64,000 nt of DNA from Candidatus Omnitrophota bacterium (lineage in GTDB: Bacteria > Omnitrophota > Omnitrophia > Omnitrophales > Aquincolibacteriaceae), in the NCBI GenBank assembly GCA_043803685.1, contig JAZDJU010000072.1, positions 28,889 through 92,888 of the forward strand, read 5' to 3'. Below the pieces are notes generated by a model. The model was given only the letters and a program-made list of their open reading frames with translations, searched no databases and was not told where the DNA came from. The translations under genes and the position numbers were made by a program. Positions 39,037-48,547 of this stretch are shown piece after piece (within the stretch, counting starts at the first letter, position 1; each line of letters begins with the position of its first letter).

Positions 39037-39459
39037 ATGAAAAATAGAGAGGGGACATTTTCTTGGGTGATGGTCGGGGCTTTCTTGATCGCGGGGATGG
39101 CGTTGAGTCCCACGGGATACGGGGAGGAACCGGCCAAGGAATATTACGAGAGCGGGCAATTGAAGTCGGAGCAGTCGCTGAAGGGCGGAAAGCTTGAGGG
39201 GCCGTTCAAAGTGTATTTCGAGAGCGGGCAACTCCGGAAAGAAGGGGCTTTCAAGAGCGGGAAGCGGGAGGGGGCGTTCAAGACCTTTGCTGAGAACGGG
39301 CAGTTGGTTCTGGAGGAGTCTTACAAGAATGGAAAACTGGACGGGGCGTTCAAGACGTATCACGGTACCGGAAAGCTCAGGAGTTACGCGCTCTATAGAG
39401 CCGGGACGCAGGTCGGGCTGCTCAAAATGTATGACAAAGAGGGTAAGTCAAAGCCGTGA
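39037..39459 (+). CDS. MORN-variant repeat (YwqK-like antitoxin family) exported protein
   Basis: Repeated YYESGQL/ENGQL..G.F.GGK.EG; signal peptide. Confidence 0.82.
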   Translation: MKNREGTFSWVMVGAFLIAGMALSPTGYGEEPAKEYYESGQLKSEQSLKGGKLEGPFKVYFESGQLRKEGAFKSGKREGAFKTFAENGQLVLEESYKNGKLDGAFKTYHGTGKLRSYALYRAGTQVGLLKMYDKEGKSKP

Positions 39460-39662
39460 CGTAGCAACCCGCTCCGGTGAGACTCAGGTGCGGCCCCGGG
39501 TGTTTCAGGACACTGCCGGGTGTTCGATAATTGTTTTCCAAGACTCATTTTTTGCTTTCTGTTGACGATAATACCTGGGTGCTTCAATATACGGGAGTGT
39601 GTGGGGGCGCCGAGGCAGTCGCGAGTGTCTTTGAAACGGAGTGAAAGATAACGGAGGAGATC

Positions 39663-40253
39663 ATGGCGAAGAAAAAAATTAACAGTGCAAGGATTTTGAG
39701 CTTTGTATTGATCGGGATCATCCTTATTGGGGCCGCCATGTTTTTTCTTCAAGGATCCGGGGATAAGGTGGTAAGGGCGTATTATCCCGGAGGAGAATTG
39801 GAGCACGAGTATCCGTACAAGGATGGCGTTCTGGAGGGGGTGTGTACGGGTTATTATCCCAACGGGAATATTAAATTGGAAGAGCTCTATCAGAACGGGC
39901 AGTTTCACGGGATGCGCAAAACCTATTATGAAACGGGGCAGTTGCAGTTGGAGACGTATTATCCCATGGGCAACTCGGGGTTGAGGACTGTGAAAGGATA
40001 TTACGAGAACGGGAAGCTGCAGTTCGAGTCGATCTATGAGAACGAGAATCTCCAAGAGAGGACCGTTAAAGAATATTATGACAATGGACAGGTCAAGGTG
40101 GAATCGGTCTACAGGAGCGGGCCGGAGGGTTTGGGCTCGGTGAAGGAATTTTACGAGAACGGGAAGCTGAAGACCCTGGGGTCCTTTAAGGGGGGGAAAC
40201 TGATCGGGCCGATCAATGCGTACGATGAGAACGGGAACCTGCAACAACCGTAG
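39663..40253 (+). CDS. MORN-variant repeat (YwqK-like) membrane-anchored protein
   Basis: RBS GGAGGAG; N-terminal TM; repeated YYENGKL/YYDNGQV. Confidence 0.85.
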   Translation: MAKKKINSARILSFVLIGIILIGAAMFFLQGSGDKVVRAYYPGGELEHEYPYKDGVLEGVCTGYYPNGNIKLEELYQNGQFHGMRKTYYETGQLQLETYYPMGNSGLRTVKGYYENGKLQFESIYENENLQERTVKEYYDNGQVKVESVYRSGPEGLGSVKEFYENGKLKTLGSFKGGKLIGPINAYDENGNLQQP

Positions 40254-40291
40254 GAAGGCTCAGGGCTTTTAAAGTCCTGCTTGAGGTTTCA

Positions 40292-40696
40292 ATGTCAGAA
40301 AATGAAAAATGCATCCTGGTCATTGACGATGAAGAGGATGTCTGCCGTATCATCAAAGAGAGATTCGAGACCTGTGGTTATGAGGTTTTGACCGCCGGGG
40401 ACGGGGCCGAGGGTTTCCGCAAGACAAAACAGGGAAAGCCCGACTGTGTGCTTCTCGATATCCTTATTCCACAAGGCGAGGACGGTTTGACGTACCTTCG
40501 CAAGGTCCGTTTTTACCATCACGAGGATCTTCAGGAACAGACACGTATCCGGCGAACGCCCGTCATCATGCTCACCGGCGCGGGGCAAAAAATGAGGCCC
40601 CTCTTCGAGTTCGAGGGGATCAGCGGTTTCGTGGAGAAGCCTTTTGATCTTGCGCTCCTCCAGAGCAAGGTCGAGCATGTCCTTCGTAAGAATTAG
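40292..40696 (+). CDS. Single-domain response regulator
   Basis: ILVIDDE, PDCVLLD, PVIMLT, VEKPF. Confidence 0.9.
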   Translation: MSENEKCILVIDDEEDVCRIIKERFETCGYEVLTAGDGAEGFRKTKQGKPDCVLLDILIPQGEDGLTYLRKVRFYHHEDLQEQTRIRRTPVIMLTGAGQKMRPLFEFEGISGFVEKPFDLALLQSKVEHVLRKN

Positions 40697-40789
40697 ACTG
40701 CGCTTGCGCCGATCCTCGGAAGGTCCTGGGGCCCACGGCCATGAGCGGCAGTCCCTTCCGGCCCTCGGGTGTGCGAGGTCTTTTCGGGG

Positions 40790-42238
40790 ATGAAGATCTG
40801 CCTCATCAATCCGCCTTTTACCGAACGGTTCTGCCGGGGAGCCCGTTGGCAGGCCTCGAGCAAAGGCGCAGCCCTGTGGATGCCGGTCTGGCTGATCTAC
40901 GCGACCGGCGTGCTCGACCAAGCCGGCCATGAGACGCATCTCATTGACAGCCCTGCCAAAAAACAGTCCCGTCAAGAGCTCCTCGAGGAAACTCAGAGGT
41001 TCGATCCCGGGATGATCGTGATCTACACGGCGACCGGCAGCATCGTGAACGATCTGGAGATCACGGGGCTCCTGAAAAAGGCTTGTCCCACGGCCATCAT
41101 CGTCCTGACGGGGCCGCATGTTTCGGTTCTGCCTGAGGATTCCCTGAGGCGATGTCCTAGCGCGGATTATGTGATCTGCCGCGAGTTCGACTATGTCCTG
41201 CGCGATATGGCGGCTGCGATGGACCGGGGGGAGGATCCCTCGTCCCTTGCCGGGGTCGCGTGCCTCCGTGGCGGGAAATTCCGGGCGAACGAACCACCTC
41301 CTCCGATCGAAAACCTCGACGAACTTCCTTTTTCCATACAGGTCATCGAAAAACATCTGAATATCTATCACTACCACATGGACTATCTGCTTTATCCGTG
41401 GGTTCAGACGTATTTCGGCCGCGGTTGTTACGCGCAATGTGTTTTCTGTCTGTGGCCCCAGACCCTGATGGGCCGGAAATACCGCAAGCGCAGTCTCGAC
41501 AGCATTTTTGCCGAGCTCGATTACATCCGTGATCACGCGCCCTACGTGAAAGAACTTATGATCGATGACGACACTTTCACCTTCGACCTCGCGCGCGTTC
41601 GGGAATTCTGTGAGCGGAAGATCGCCGGCGGTTACAAGATCAATTGGTGCGCCAATGTCCGGCCCAATATCGCTGATGTCGAACTCCTCAAGCTGATGAA
41701 GAAGGCGGGCTGCCGCGCGATGGTGGCCGGTTACGAGTCCGGAAGTCCTGAGATCCTGAAACGGATGAAAAAGGGGATCACGCTCCGGCAGATGGAGCAG
41801 TTCTCTGAAGCCGCGCGCAAGGCCGGGATCCAGGTCCACGGCGATTTCATCATCGGCCTTCCGGGAGAAACTCCCGAGACGATCGAGGAGACTTTTCGGG
41901 CCGCGCTCCGTCTGAAACCCGCGACCCTGCAGGTCTCGATCGCCCTGCCGCTTCCGGGCACGGAATTCTATGACTGGCTCAAGGAAAATAAATATCTGAA
42001 GACCGAGGATTTTTCGAAATTCCTGACCCCGGAAGGAGCGCAGAACGTGATGATGGATTATCCGGGACTCTCAGGCGAGGACATGAAAAAAGCGATGCAC
42101 AAGATCGTGGTCTGTTATTATTTACGACCGGCTTATCTCGCGGGCGCTCTCTGGCGCGTCGTGAAGGACCCGCGCGAAGCGGTGAAGTTCTGGCATGCGG
42201 GCTGTAAATTTATTAAATACGCTCTGTTCGGAGCCTGA
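40790..42238 (+). CDS. Cobalamin-binding radical SAM protein (HpnJ-like)
   Basis: LINPP, RWQA, GPHVS, GRGCYAQCVFC, DDDTF, GYESGS, FIIGLPGET. Confidence 0.9.
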   Translation: MKICLINPPFTERFCRGARWQASSKGAALWMPVWLIYATGVLDQAGHETHLIDSPAKKQSRQELLEETQRFDPGMIVIYTATGSIVNDLEITGLLKKACPTAIIVLTGPHVSVLPEDSLRRCPSADYVICREFDYVLRDMAAAMDRGEDPSSLAGVACLRGGKFRANEPPPPIENLDELPFSIQVIEKHLNIYHYHMDYLLYPWVQTYFGRGCYAQCVFCLWPQTLMGRKYRKRSLDSIFAELDYIRDHAPYVKELMIDDDTFTFDLARVREFCERKIAGGYKINWCANVRPNIADVELLKLMKKAGCRAMVAGYESGSPEILKRMKKGITLRQMEQFSEAARKAGIQVHGDFIIGLPGETPETIEETFRAALRLKPATLQVSIALPLPGTEFYDWLKENKYLKTEDFSKFLTPEGAQNVMMDYPGLSGEDMKKAMHKIVVCYYLRPAYLAGALWRVVKDPREAVKFWHAGCKFIKYALFGA

Positions 42239-42248
42239 GGGAACTATC

Positions 42249-43679
42249 GTGGACTTGCTGCTCATCAATCCTTATTCGACGAATGCCAACCCGATGATCC
42301 CGCTCGGACTCGCGTCCCTGGCAGCCGTGGCCCTTGAGGCGGGGCATTCGGTCGAGGTCGTGGATGCATGGGCCGAAGGTCTGAGGGACCCGGCGCGACT
42401 CGCTGCGCGCCTGCGTGCTTTGTCTGTTCCAAAAGTGACGGGCGTGAGCGTTCTTACGACGAATTTGCGGGGAGCGAAGGATGCGGTGACGGTTTTGAGG
42501 TCGTCTTTTCCCGAGACTTTTCTTATGATCGGAGGTCCACACGTTTCGGCCATGCCCGGCGAAGTTTTAGATCAATTTCCCGAAGCGGACCTCGGGGTTT
42601 TCGGCGAAGGAGAGTTGACGCTCAAGGAAGTGCTCACGGCGTTCTTCGCGGACGGTAAACCGCCCCGAAACCTGGCCGGAACTTTATGGAAGGACAGCCA
42701 CGGGACGACCGTCAAGGCCGCACCCAGGCCGGTCATCACGGACCTCGACAGTCTTCCGCGACCTGCACGGCATCTTTTCATGTTGGATAAGTATCATCCT
42801 CACGCTCCGTATGGTCGGCGTTGGAGGTACGCCAACGAGATCACGAGTCGGGGTTGTCCGTACCACTGCGCCTATTGTTCCAAAAGCGTTTTCGGCGATT
42901 CTTACCGCGCGTTCTCTCCCGAGCGGGTCGTGAACGATCTCCGCGAACTCGTCGACCGTTACCATGTGCGTGAGATCCACTTCTATGATGATGACCTGAC
43001 GCTGAATCGTAAACGGGCGGTGGAATTCATGGAGCGTCTCATCGCGGCGAAGCTTGATCTCATCTGGTCCTGCACGACCCGGTGCGATCTCGTGGATGCT
43101 GAACTTTTGGGGTTGATGAAAAAAGCGGGATGTTGGATGGTGTGTTATGGTGTCGAATCGGGCGATGACACTCTTCGGGAAACCGTCAATAAAGGTATAA
43201 GCCGGAAGCAAATCGAACAAGCCTTTCGTGAGACGAAATGTGCGGGTATAAAAGTTACGGGATATTTCATCATCGGTTTGCCGGGCGAGACGGAACGAAC
43301 AGCGAAAGCCACTATGGATTTCATGGATCAATTGAATCCCCACTACGTGAATTGTGGAGTCATGGCCGTTTTTCCGGGCAGTCCGTTCTATTTTGACATT
43401 CAAAGCGGAAAGTACGGAGGCGGTCGATTGGTGCAGACCCGTGAGGGGGACTCCTCGCAAGATTCTCCCTTTCAGGATTCTCTTCTCGTTGGTTTTGAAG
43501 GAGCGCTGACCCGTCCGCAAATGGAAACGTTCGTCCGTTCGGCCGTCCGCCGTTTTTATCTTCGCCCACGCAATATTCTGAGGATACTGTTCGACATTCA
43601 CTCATTCGACCAATTGTGTCACACGGTATCCACGGGATGGAATATGCTTTTCTGGCTGATAGCCAAGCCCAAAAAATAG
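42249..43679 (+). CDS. Cobalamin-binding radical SAM protein
   Basis: PLGLASLAA, GGPHVS, GEGE, SRGCPYHCAYC, GVESG. Confidence 0.92.
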   Translation: MDLLLINPYSTNANPMIPLGLASLAAVALEAGHSVEVVDAWAEGLRDPARLAARLRALSVPKVTGVSVLTTNLRGAKDAVTVLRSSFPETFLMIGGPHVSAMPGEVLDQFPEADLGVFGEGELTLKEVLTAFFADGKPPRNLAGTLWKDSHGTTVKAAPRPVITDLDSLPRPARHLFMLDKYHPHAPYGRRWRYANEITSRGCPYHCAYCSKSVFGDSYRAFSPERVVNDLRELVDRYHVREIHFYDDDLTLNRKRAVEFMERLIAAKLDLIWSCTTRCDLVDAELLGLMKKAGCWMVCYGVESGDDTLRETVNKGISRKQIEQAFRETKCAGIKVTGYFIIGLPGETERTAKATMDFMDQLNPHYVNCGVMAVFPGSPFYFDIQSGKYGGGRLVQTREGDSSQDSPFQDSLLVGFEGALTRPQMETFVRSAVRRFYLRPRNILRILFDIHSFDQLCHTVSTGWNMLFWLIAKPKK

Positions 43680-43710
43680 CACGCCAAGTCTTCCAAGGAG
43701 CAATATCATA

Positions 43711-45147
43711 ATGAAAGTTCTGATGGCTTGTCCCAATGATAGTTCGTTGGCGGCCTCTTTGAGCAAGAAGGGGGGGATATCGATCCCTCTGGGGCTGGCC
43801 TATCTAGGGGCGTTTGTCCAGGACATGCCGGGCATTCATTTGGTCGGATTTGATAATAACGTTCTAAAATTAAATCCGGTGGAATATCGCGAGATCATTA
43901 TGCGTGAAGCTCCGGACGTTGTGGCTATCAGTGTCATGACCGCGACCGTGTTTTCTGCGTGGGAAATGGCGAGAGTGGTTAAGGACGTCAACCCCCGGAC
44001 TGTCGTTGTGGTGGGCGGCGTGCATTGTTCGGCCTTGCCCGAAAACACGCTCCAGGAATCTTCCATTGATTATGGAGTGGTGGGGGAAGGGGAAGAGGCC
44101 TTCCGTGAACTTCTGACGGCTCTTGTGGAAAAACGGGATCCGTCCGGGATCCAGAACCTTGTTTATCGTCGCGATGGGAAGGTCTGCGTCAATCCCAGGC
44201 GTCCTTCGATCCAGGACGTCGACAAAATACCTTTTCCAAGGCGCAATCTTTTCAATGATTTTAAATACGGCATGAATGTCAATCGGCGCGCCACTTCCGG
44301 AAGAAGTGCCACGATCCTTACCAGCCGGGGGTGTCCGTACGGCTGTATTTTCTGTTCCAAATCGATCTACGGACGGCAGTTCCACCAAAGGTCTCCGAAG
44401 AACGTGATCGAGGAAATGAAACTCCTGGAGAGGGAAGGTTACACGGAGGTTTTGATCGTCGACGACACGTTCACGGTCCACAAGAAATGGGTGCTCGAGT
44501 TTTGTGATCTTTTTACTCGGGAAAAACTAAGCATGCGTTGGAACTGCCATGCGCGTGTCAACACGATTGATGAAGAAATAGTTACAGCGATGAAACGGGC
44601 GCATTGCACGGGGATGGCGTTCGGGATCGAATCCGGCAACCCGGAGATGTTGAAAAAGATCGACAAGCAGATCGACTTGGACCAGGCGCGGGAGGCGGTC
44701 CGTTTGTGCCGGAAGCACGGGATCAGCACGCTTTGCAGTTATATTTTCGGTCATCCTGGCGATACTCGCGAAACTGTCAATGATACCCTGAGGGTTGCCA
44801 TGGAACTGGATTCGGACTATGCGAATTTCGCCATGCTCATTCCGATGCCGGGGTCGAAGGTCTTTGAGGACTTGATGCAGAAAGGCATGATCGATCAGAC
44901 GCATTGGGATCGTTATTTGGGGCATGCCAAAGAGATCTTGAATGTCAGTCTTTGTGAACTGACGCCGGCGGAACTTCAGGCGGCGCAGAAGCGTGCTTTT
45001 GGGAGATATTATTTTCGACTTCATTACATTAGACGGAGGTTGATACATCTTCGTAATCCGGCGGAGCTGTTCGGCCTGGTCCGAGGCGCCTATCTGATCC
45101 TTTTATTCCTCTCGCAATCTCTATTCGAAAAACGTCCGAAACGTTAA
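43711..45147 (+). CDS. Cobalamin-binding radical SAM protein
   Basis: PLGLAYLG, GGVHCS, GEGE, SRGCPYGCIFC, GIESG. Confidence 0.92.
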   Translation: MKVLMACPNDSSLAASLSKKGGISIPLGLAYLGAFVQDMPGIHLVGFDNNVLKLNPVEYREIIMREAPDVVAISVMTATVFSAWEMARVVKDVNPRTVVVVGGVHCSALPENTLQESSIDYGVVGEGEEAFRELLTALVEKRDPSGIQNLVYRRDGKVCVNPRRPSIQDVDKIPFPRRNLFNDFKYGMNVNRRATSGRSATILTSRGCPYGCIFCSKSIYGRQFHQRSPKNVIEEMKLLEREGYTEVLIVDDTFTVHKKWVLEFCDLFTREKLSMRWNCHARVNTIDEEIVTAMKRAHCTGMAFGIESGNPEMLKKIDKQIDLDQAREAVRLCRKHGISTLCSYIFGHPGDTRETVNDTLRVAMELDSDYANFAMLIPMPGSKVFEDLMQKGMIDQTHWDRYLGHAKEILNVSLCELTPAELQAAQKRAFGRYYFRLHYIRRRLIHLRNPAELFGLVRGAYLILLFLSQSLFEKRPKR

Positions 45148-45157
45148 CGGAAAAAGC

Positions 45158-46675
45158 ATGCCCGATATCGTCCTCATCAATCCGCACTGGTACATGGCCG
45201 AAGGCAATCTGGACGATCTTTGGTTGCCTGTGCCGGGCGGGGTGTTGGCCGTCGCCGCGGCCGCGAGGGCTTCCGGCCACTCCGTCGGTCTGTTAGATGT
45301 ATTGGGCGAAGGCTATGAGCAGCGCGAATGGATGACGCGCGAGGGTCATCGTGTTTGCAGGTTTGGTCTTCCGGACTCGGCAATCATAGAAAGACTGCGT
45401 GCGACTGGGGCCAAGGTCGTGGGCATCGGTAATATGTTCACCGGAGTTTTTCGCGGCACGAAGGAATGTGCGGAACTCGCCAGAAAGGCGTTGCCTCACG
45501 CCAAGATCGTGCTCGGGGGCGTGCATCCTTCCTGTGCTCCCGAGGAAAGCGTCGCCATTCCTGATGTGGACTATGTGATCTGCGGGGAAGGTGAGAAAAG
45601 TTTTACGGCGCTACTCTCCCATTTATTGGCAGGTTCTTCCGAGATCCCGCCCGGGGTTTACTGGAAAGAAAATAATAGGATGCGCAATTCCGGACCCCCG
45701 GCAATGATCCTGGATATCGAGCCGCTTCCGATGCCCGCTTACGATCTTCTGAATCTGGAACTCTATCGCCGGACTGCTGTGACCGACCTGATCCATCGCG
45801 GGGATAAAGTGGAGCTGACGATGCCGATCATCACGAGCCGGGGGTGTCCTTTTCAGTGCATTTTTTGTGCCGCCTACCGGCTGAACGGCCGACGCTGGCG
45901 GGGCCGGTCTCCCTCCCGGGTGGTCGGTGAAATAGAAATTCTTTACCGGCAGTACGGCATACGTTCCTTCTCGATTGAGGATAGCAATTTCAGTTACGAC
46001 GAACAGCGTGCTTTGGACATCTGCGAGGAGATCCTCAGACGCGGTCTCAAGATCCGCTGGAATACCCCTAATGGTCTTCGGGCAGATCGGGTTACCCCCC
46101 GATTGATCGACGCCATGAAACGCGCTGGATGTTACGAGGTTACGCTCGCCGCCGAACACGGTGATCAGGAGTTCCTGACGAAGGTCGTCCGTAAAGGGTT
46201 GGACCTCGAGTCTATTTTTCGTGCCGGTGCGATCATCCGCAAAGCCGGTCTGCCTGTGACTTGCTATCTCATGATGGGTTTCCCGGGGGAGACCGAAAAA
46301 GAATTATTCCGTACCGTGGTTTTTGGACGAAAACTGGCTTTGGCAGGCATTTTCCCTCTCATTTTTATCAGCGCTCCTTTTCCCGGGACGGCCATGTACC
46401 AGAGCTTTGTTGAAAAGGGGTGCTTGCCAAAGCAATCGTTGTCCAGCGAAGAGTATCTCTGCTCGTTGCGAGTGCCGCTCATGAAAATGTCGCAGGGCAT
46501 CGATCTGTGCCTTTGGCGTCGCAGGGCCATGCAGCAAGCGTATTTTCTGTTTCTCCTGCGGCACCCCATTCTATTCTTTCGTTTTCCAGCGATGCGTAAA
46601 TTCTTGGCTTTATTGATTTCGCCTCAGAAAAGCTGGTTTGCGCTTAAAAAAGCTTATCAGCATTTTTTAAAATAA
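45158..46675 (+). CDS. Cobalamin-binding radical SAM protein
   Basis: GGVHPS, GEGE, SRGCPFQCIFC, MMGFPGET. Confidence 0.92.
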   Translation: MPDIVLINPHWYMAEGNLDDLWLPVPGGVLAVAAAARASGHSVGLLDVLGEGYEQREWMTREGHRVCRFGLPDSAIIERLRATGAKVVGIGNMFTGVFRGTKECAELARKALPHAKIVLGGVHPSCAPEESVAIPDVDYVICGEGEKSFTALLSHLLAGSSEIPPGVYWKENNRMRNSGPPAMILDIEPLPMPAYDLLNLELYRRTAVTDLIHRGDKVELTMPIITSRGCPFQCIFCAAYRLNGRRWRGRSPSRVVGEIEILYRQYGIRSFSIEDSNFSYDEQRALDICEEILRRGLKIRWNTPNGLRADRVTPRLIDAMKRAGCYEVTLAAEHGDQEFLTKVVRKGLDLESIFRAGAIIRKAGLPVTCYLMMGFPGETEKELFRTVVFGRKLALAGIFPLIFISAPFPGTAMYQSFVEKGCLPKQSLSSEEYLCSLRVPLMKMSQGIDLCLWRRRAMQQAYFLFLLRHPILFFRFPAMRKFLALLISPQKSWFALKKAYQHFLK

Positions 46676-46692
46676 GGATCACGCAAACGACC

Positions 46693-47736
46693 ATGAACGT
46701 TCTTTCGCTCAAAACAATAACAAAATTACAGTTGATGGTGAAAAGCGTTCTTTCCGTTTCGCCTTCAGCCCTATACAACTATGCGAAATATAAACTCAGT
46801 GCCCGGGAACCAAAGTTAAACTTTCTTTCTTATCGTCCTATCCTCTGTGCTTTATTGGTCACCCGACGATGCAATCTTAGTTGTCCTTTTTGTATCGTTC
46901 CGCCGTTGTCTCAGCCCGAGGAGTGGCGTCCCTACGAGGCGGATCGAGGGAAAGTTGAAAGGATTCTTGACCACCCGGCGGTTCGCCGCGCCCCATTCAT
47001 CGGTCTCTCCGGCGGGGAGCCTCTTTTGAATGAGGAACTAGGTGCGATTATCCGCCTTATTCGGCAACGGGGTCATTTGTGTGGCGTTGTCACCAATGGC
47101 ATATTGCTGATGAATCGTATCCGCGAACTGAAGAGGAATGATATCAATATAATTAATATTTCCGTTTATGATGCCAATATAAAAAAATTAGCCGCGGAGT
47201 TAGCGGCCATCAACAATGTTTTTCGTTGCCGGACCAACAAGATCCTTTTCAGTAGCGAGGTCGAAAAGAACCCAGAGAAACTCGAGGAAATTATCCGGAT
47301 GAGTCGAGATACCGGTTGTCATGGCGTCTACTTTGGGAATAACCTGTCTTTTGACACCGAGGGGCCGGATGAGATCATTTATGATGATAATGAGAGCTAT
47401 AGGGAATTTCGTATTCGAATGACAGAAAAATACCGGGGATTTCCCATTTATTGGGCGGCACCCGTGAAGCGTATTCTTTCCCGCCAGGACAAGAAGTGTC
47501 GGATGCTCTGGTATTATCTTTCAACGGACATGATGGGAAATCTGGGGCTTTGCTGCGGCTATTCGACCGACAAGCAGGGCGCTTATGGCAACCTTTTTGC
47601 CAAGGATGATACGGGATCATGGAATTCAGTCCTAAAGGTGAATATGCGAAAGATCATATTAGCTGATAGTGCAGAAGTCCCTGGCAAGTGCCGTAAGTGT
47701 TCGATCATGTGCGATAAGTGGGTGTCCGATTATTAG
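46693..47736 (+). CDS. Radical SAM protein with SPASM/twitch C-terminus
   Basis: CNLSCPFC, SGGEPLL, TNG; C-terminal C..CC..CRKC..C. Confidence 0.88.
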   Translation: MNVLSLKTITKLQLMVKSVLSVSPSALYNYAKYKLSAREPKLNFLSYRPILCALLVTRRCNLSCPFCIVPPLSQPEEWRPYEADRGKVERILDHPAVRRAPFIGLSGGEPLLNEELGAIIRLIRQRGHLCGVVTNGILLMNRIRELKRNDINIINISVYDANIKKLAAELAAINNVFRCRTNKILFSSEVEKNPEKLEEIIRMSRDTGCHGVYFGNNLSFDTEGPDEIIYDDNESYREFRIRMTEKYRGFPIYWAAPVKRILSRQDKKCRMLWYYLSTDMMGNLGLCCGYSTDKQGAYGNLFAKDDTGSWNSVLKVNMRKIILADSAEVPGKCRKCSIMCDKWVSDY

Positions 47737-47755
47737 CGAACGGGATTGAACCGAT

Positions 47756-48547
47756 ATGTCTCAAACATTCCCAGAATTTCTTGAGCATGTTGCCGAAACA
47801 CGGCCTCTCTCGGGGAGCTATTTTGGGCCATGCGTTTCCATGCGCTGGGACGCCTGGCGAGTGATCCGGCTTGTGAATGTCGAACTGGATCGGTTGAAAT
47901 TGAGCCCCCCCCGTTCAGTGCTGGACGTGGGATGCGGCATTGGCGTTTATGAACGTGAGTTGTCCCTGCGTTGGCCTTCTGCCACAGTCCTGGGATGTGA
48001 TTTTTCCGAGAAAAATATCCAGGCCGCAAGGGACTATGAACCCTCGGCTTCTTTTTTGCGTAGTGATGCGGAGGCACTACCGCTTCGAAATGCGTCCGTG
48101 GATCTAGCTCTGGCCATTGAGGTGATGGAGCATTTCCTGCATCCGGAAAATGTGGCCGCCGAACTCGCGCGAGTGGTTCGTCCCGGTGGATTGCTGATCG
48201 TCGTTGTGCCGTTGGCGCCCCCCATTCCTTTTGTACGTACCGTTTCACGTATTGCCACGCACTTTATCGGCTCCCAGGTCATTGTCGAGGGTGAATTTAA
48301 GGAACATATGCGGATCTATAATTGCCAAACCTTAAAGAGAGCGTTCGCCCATGGCTGGAAGGTCCGTCGGTTCATAAAATTCAACCTGATGACGTTTGTG
48401 ATGGCCGCTATGGAAAAGATCTTTCCCGTATGGGCGCGTCGCAGTGCAGAGAATCGTCAGCGGTTTCTGGATGCTCTGGATGTCAGCTGCGGGCATGTGT
48501 TGTACGCTAAGGGACTCTTGATCCTTGAACGGGAGGGACTTCCGTGA
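47756..48547 (+). CDS. Class I SAM-dependent methyltransferase
   Basis: VLDVGCGIG, DAEALP, EVMEH, RVVRPGG. Confidence 0.9.
   Translation: MSQTFPEFLEHVAETRPLSGSYFGPCVSMRWDAWRVIRLVNVELDRLKLSPPRSVLDVGCGIGVYERELSLRWPSATVLGCDFSEKNIQAARDYEPSASFLRSDAEALPLRNASVDLALAIEVMEHFLHPENVAAELARVVRPGGLLIVVVPLAPPIPFVRTVSRIATHFIGSQVIVEGEFKEHMRIYNCQTLKRAFAHGWKVRRFIKFNLMTFVMAAMEKIFPVWARRSAENRQRFLDALDVSCGHVLYAKGLLILEREGLP

Noticed and set aside
40790..47736. RiPP cluster interpretation of the radical SAM genes
   Set aside because: No precursor peptide, RRE domain, peptidase or exporter is evident; the glycosyltransferase context fits glycan or lipid modification better.
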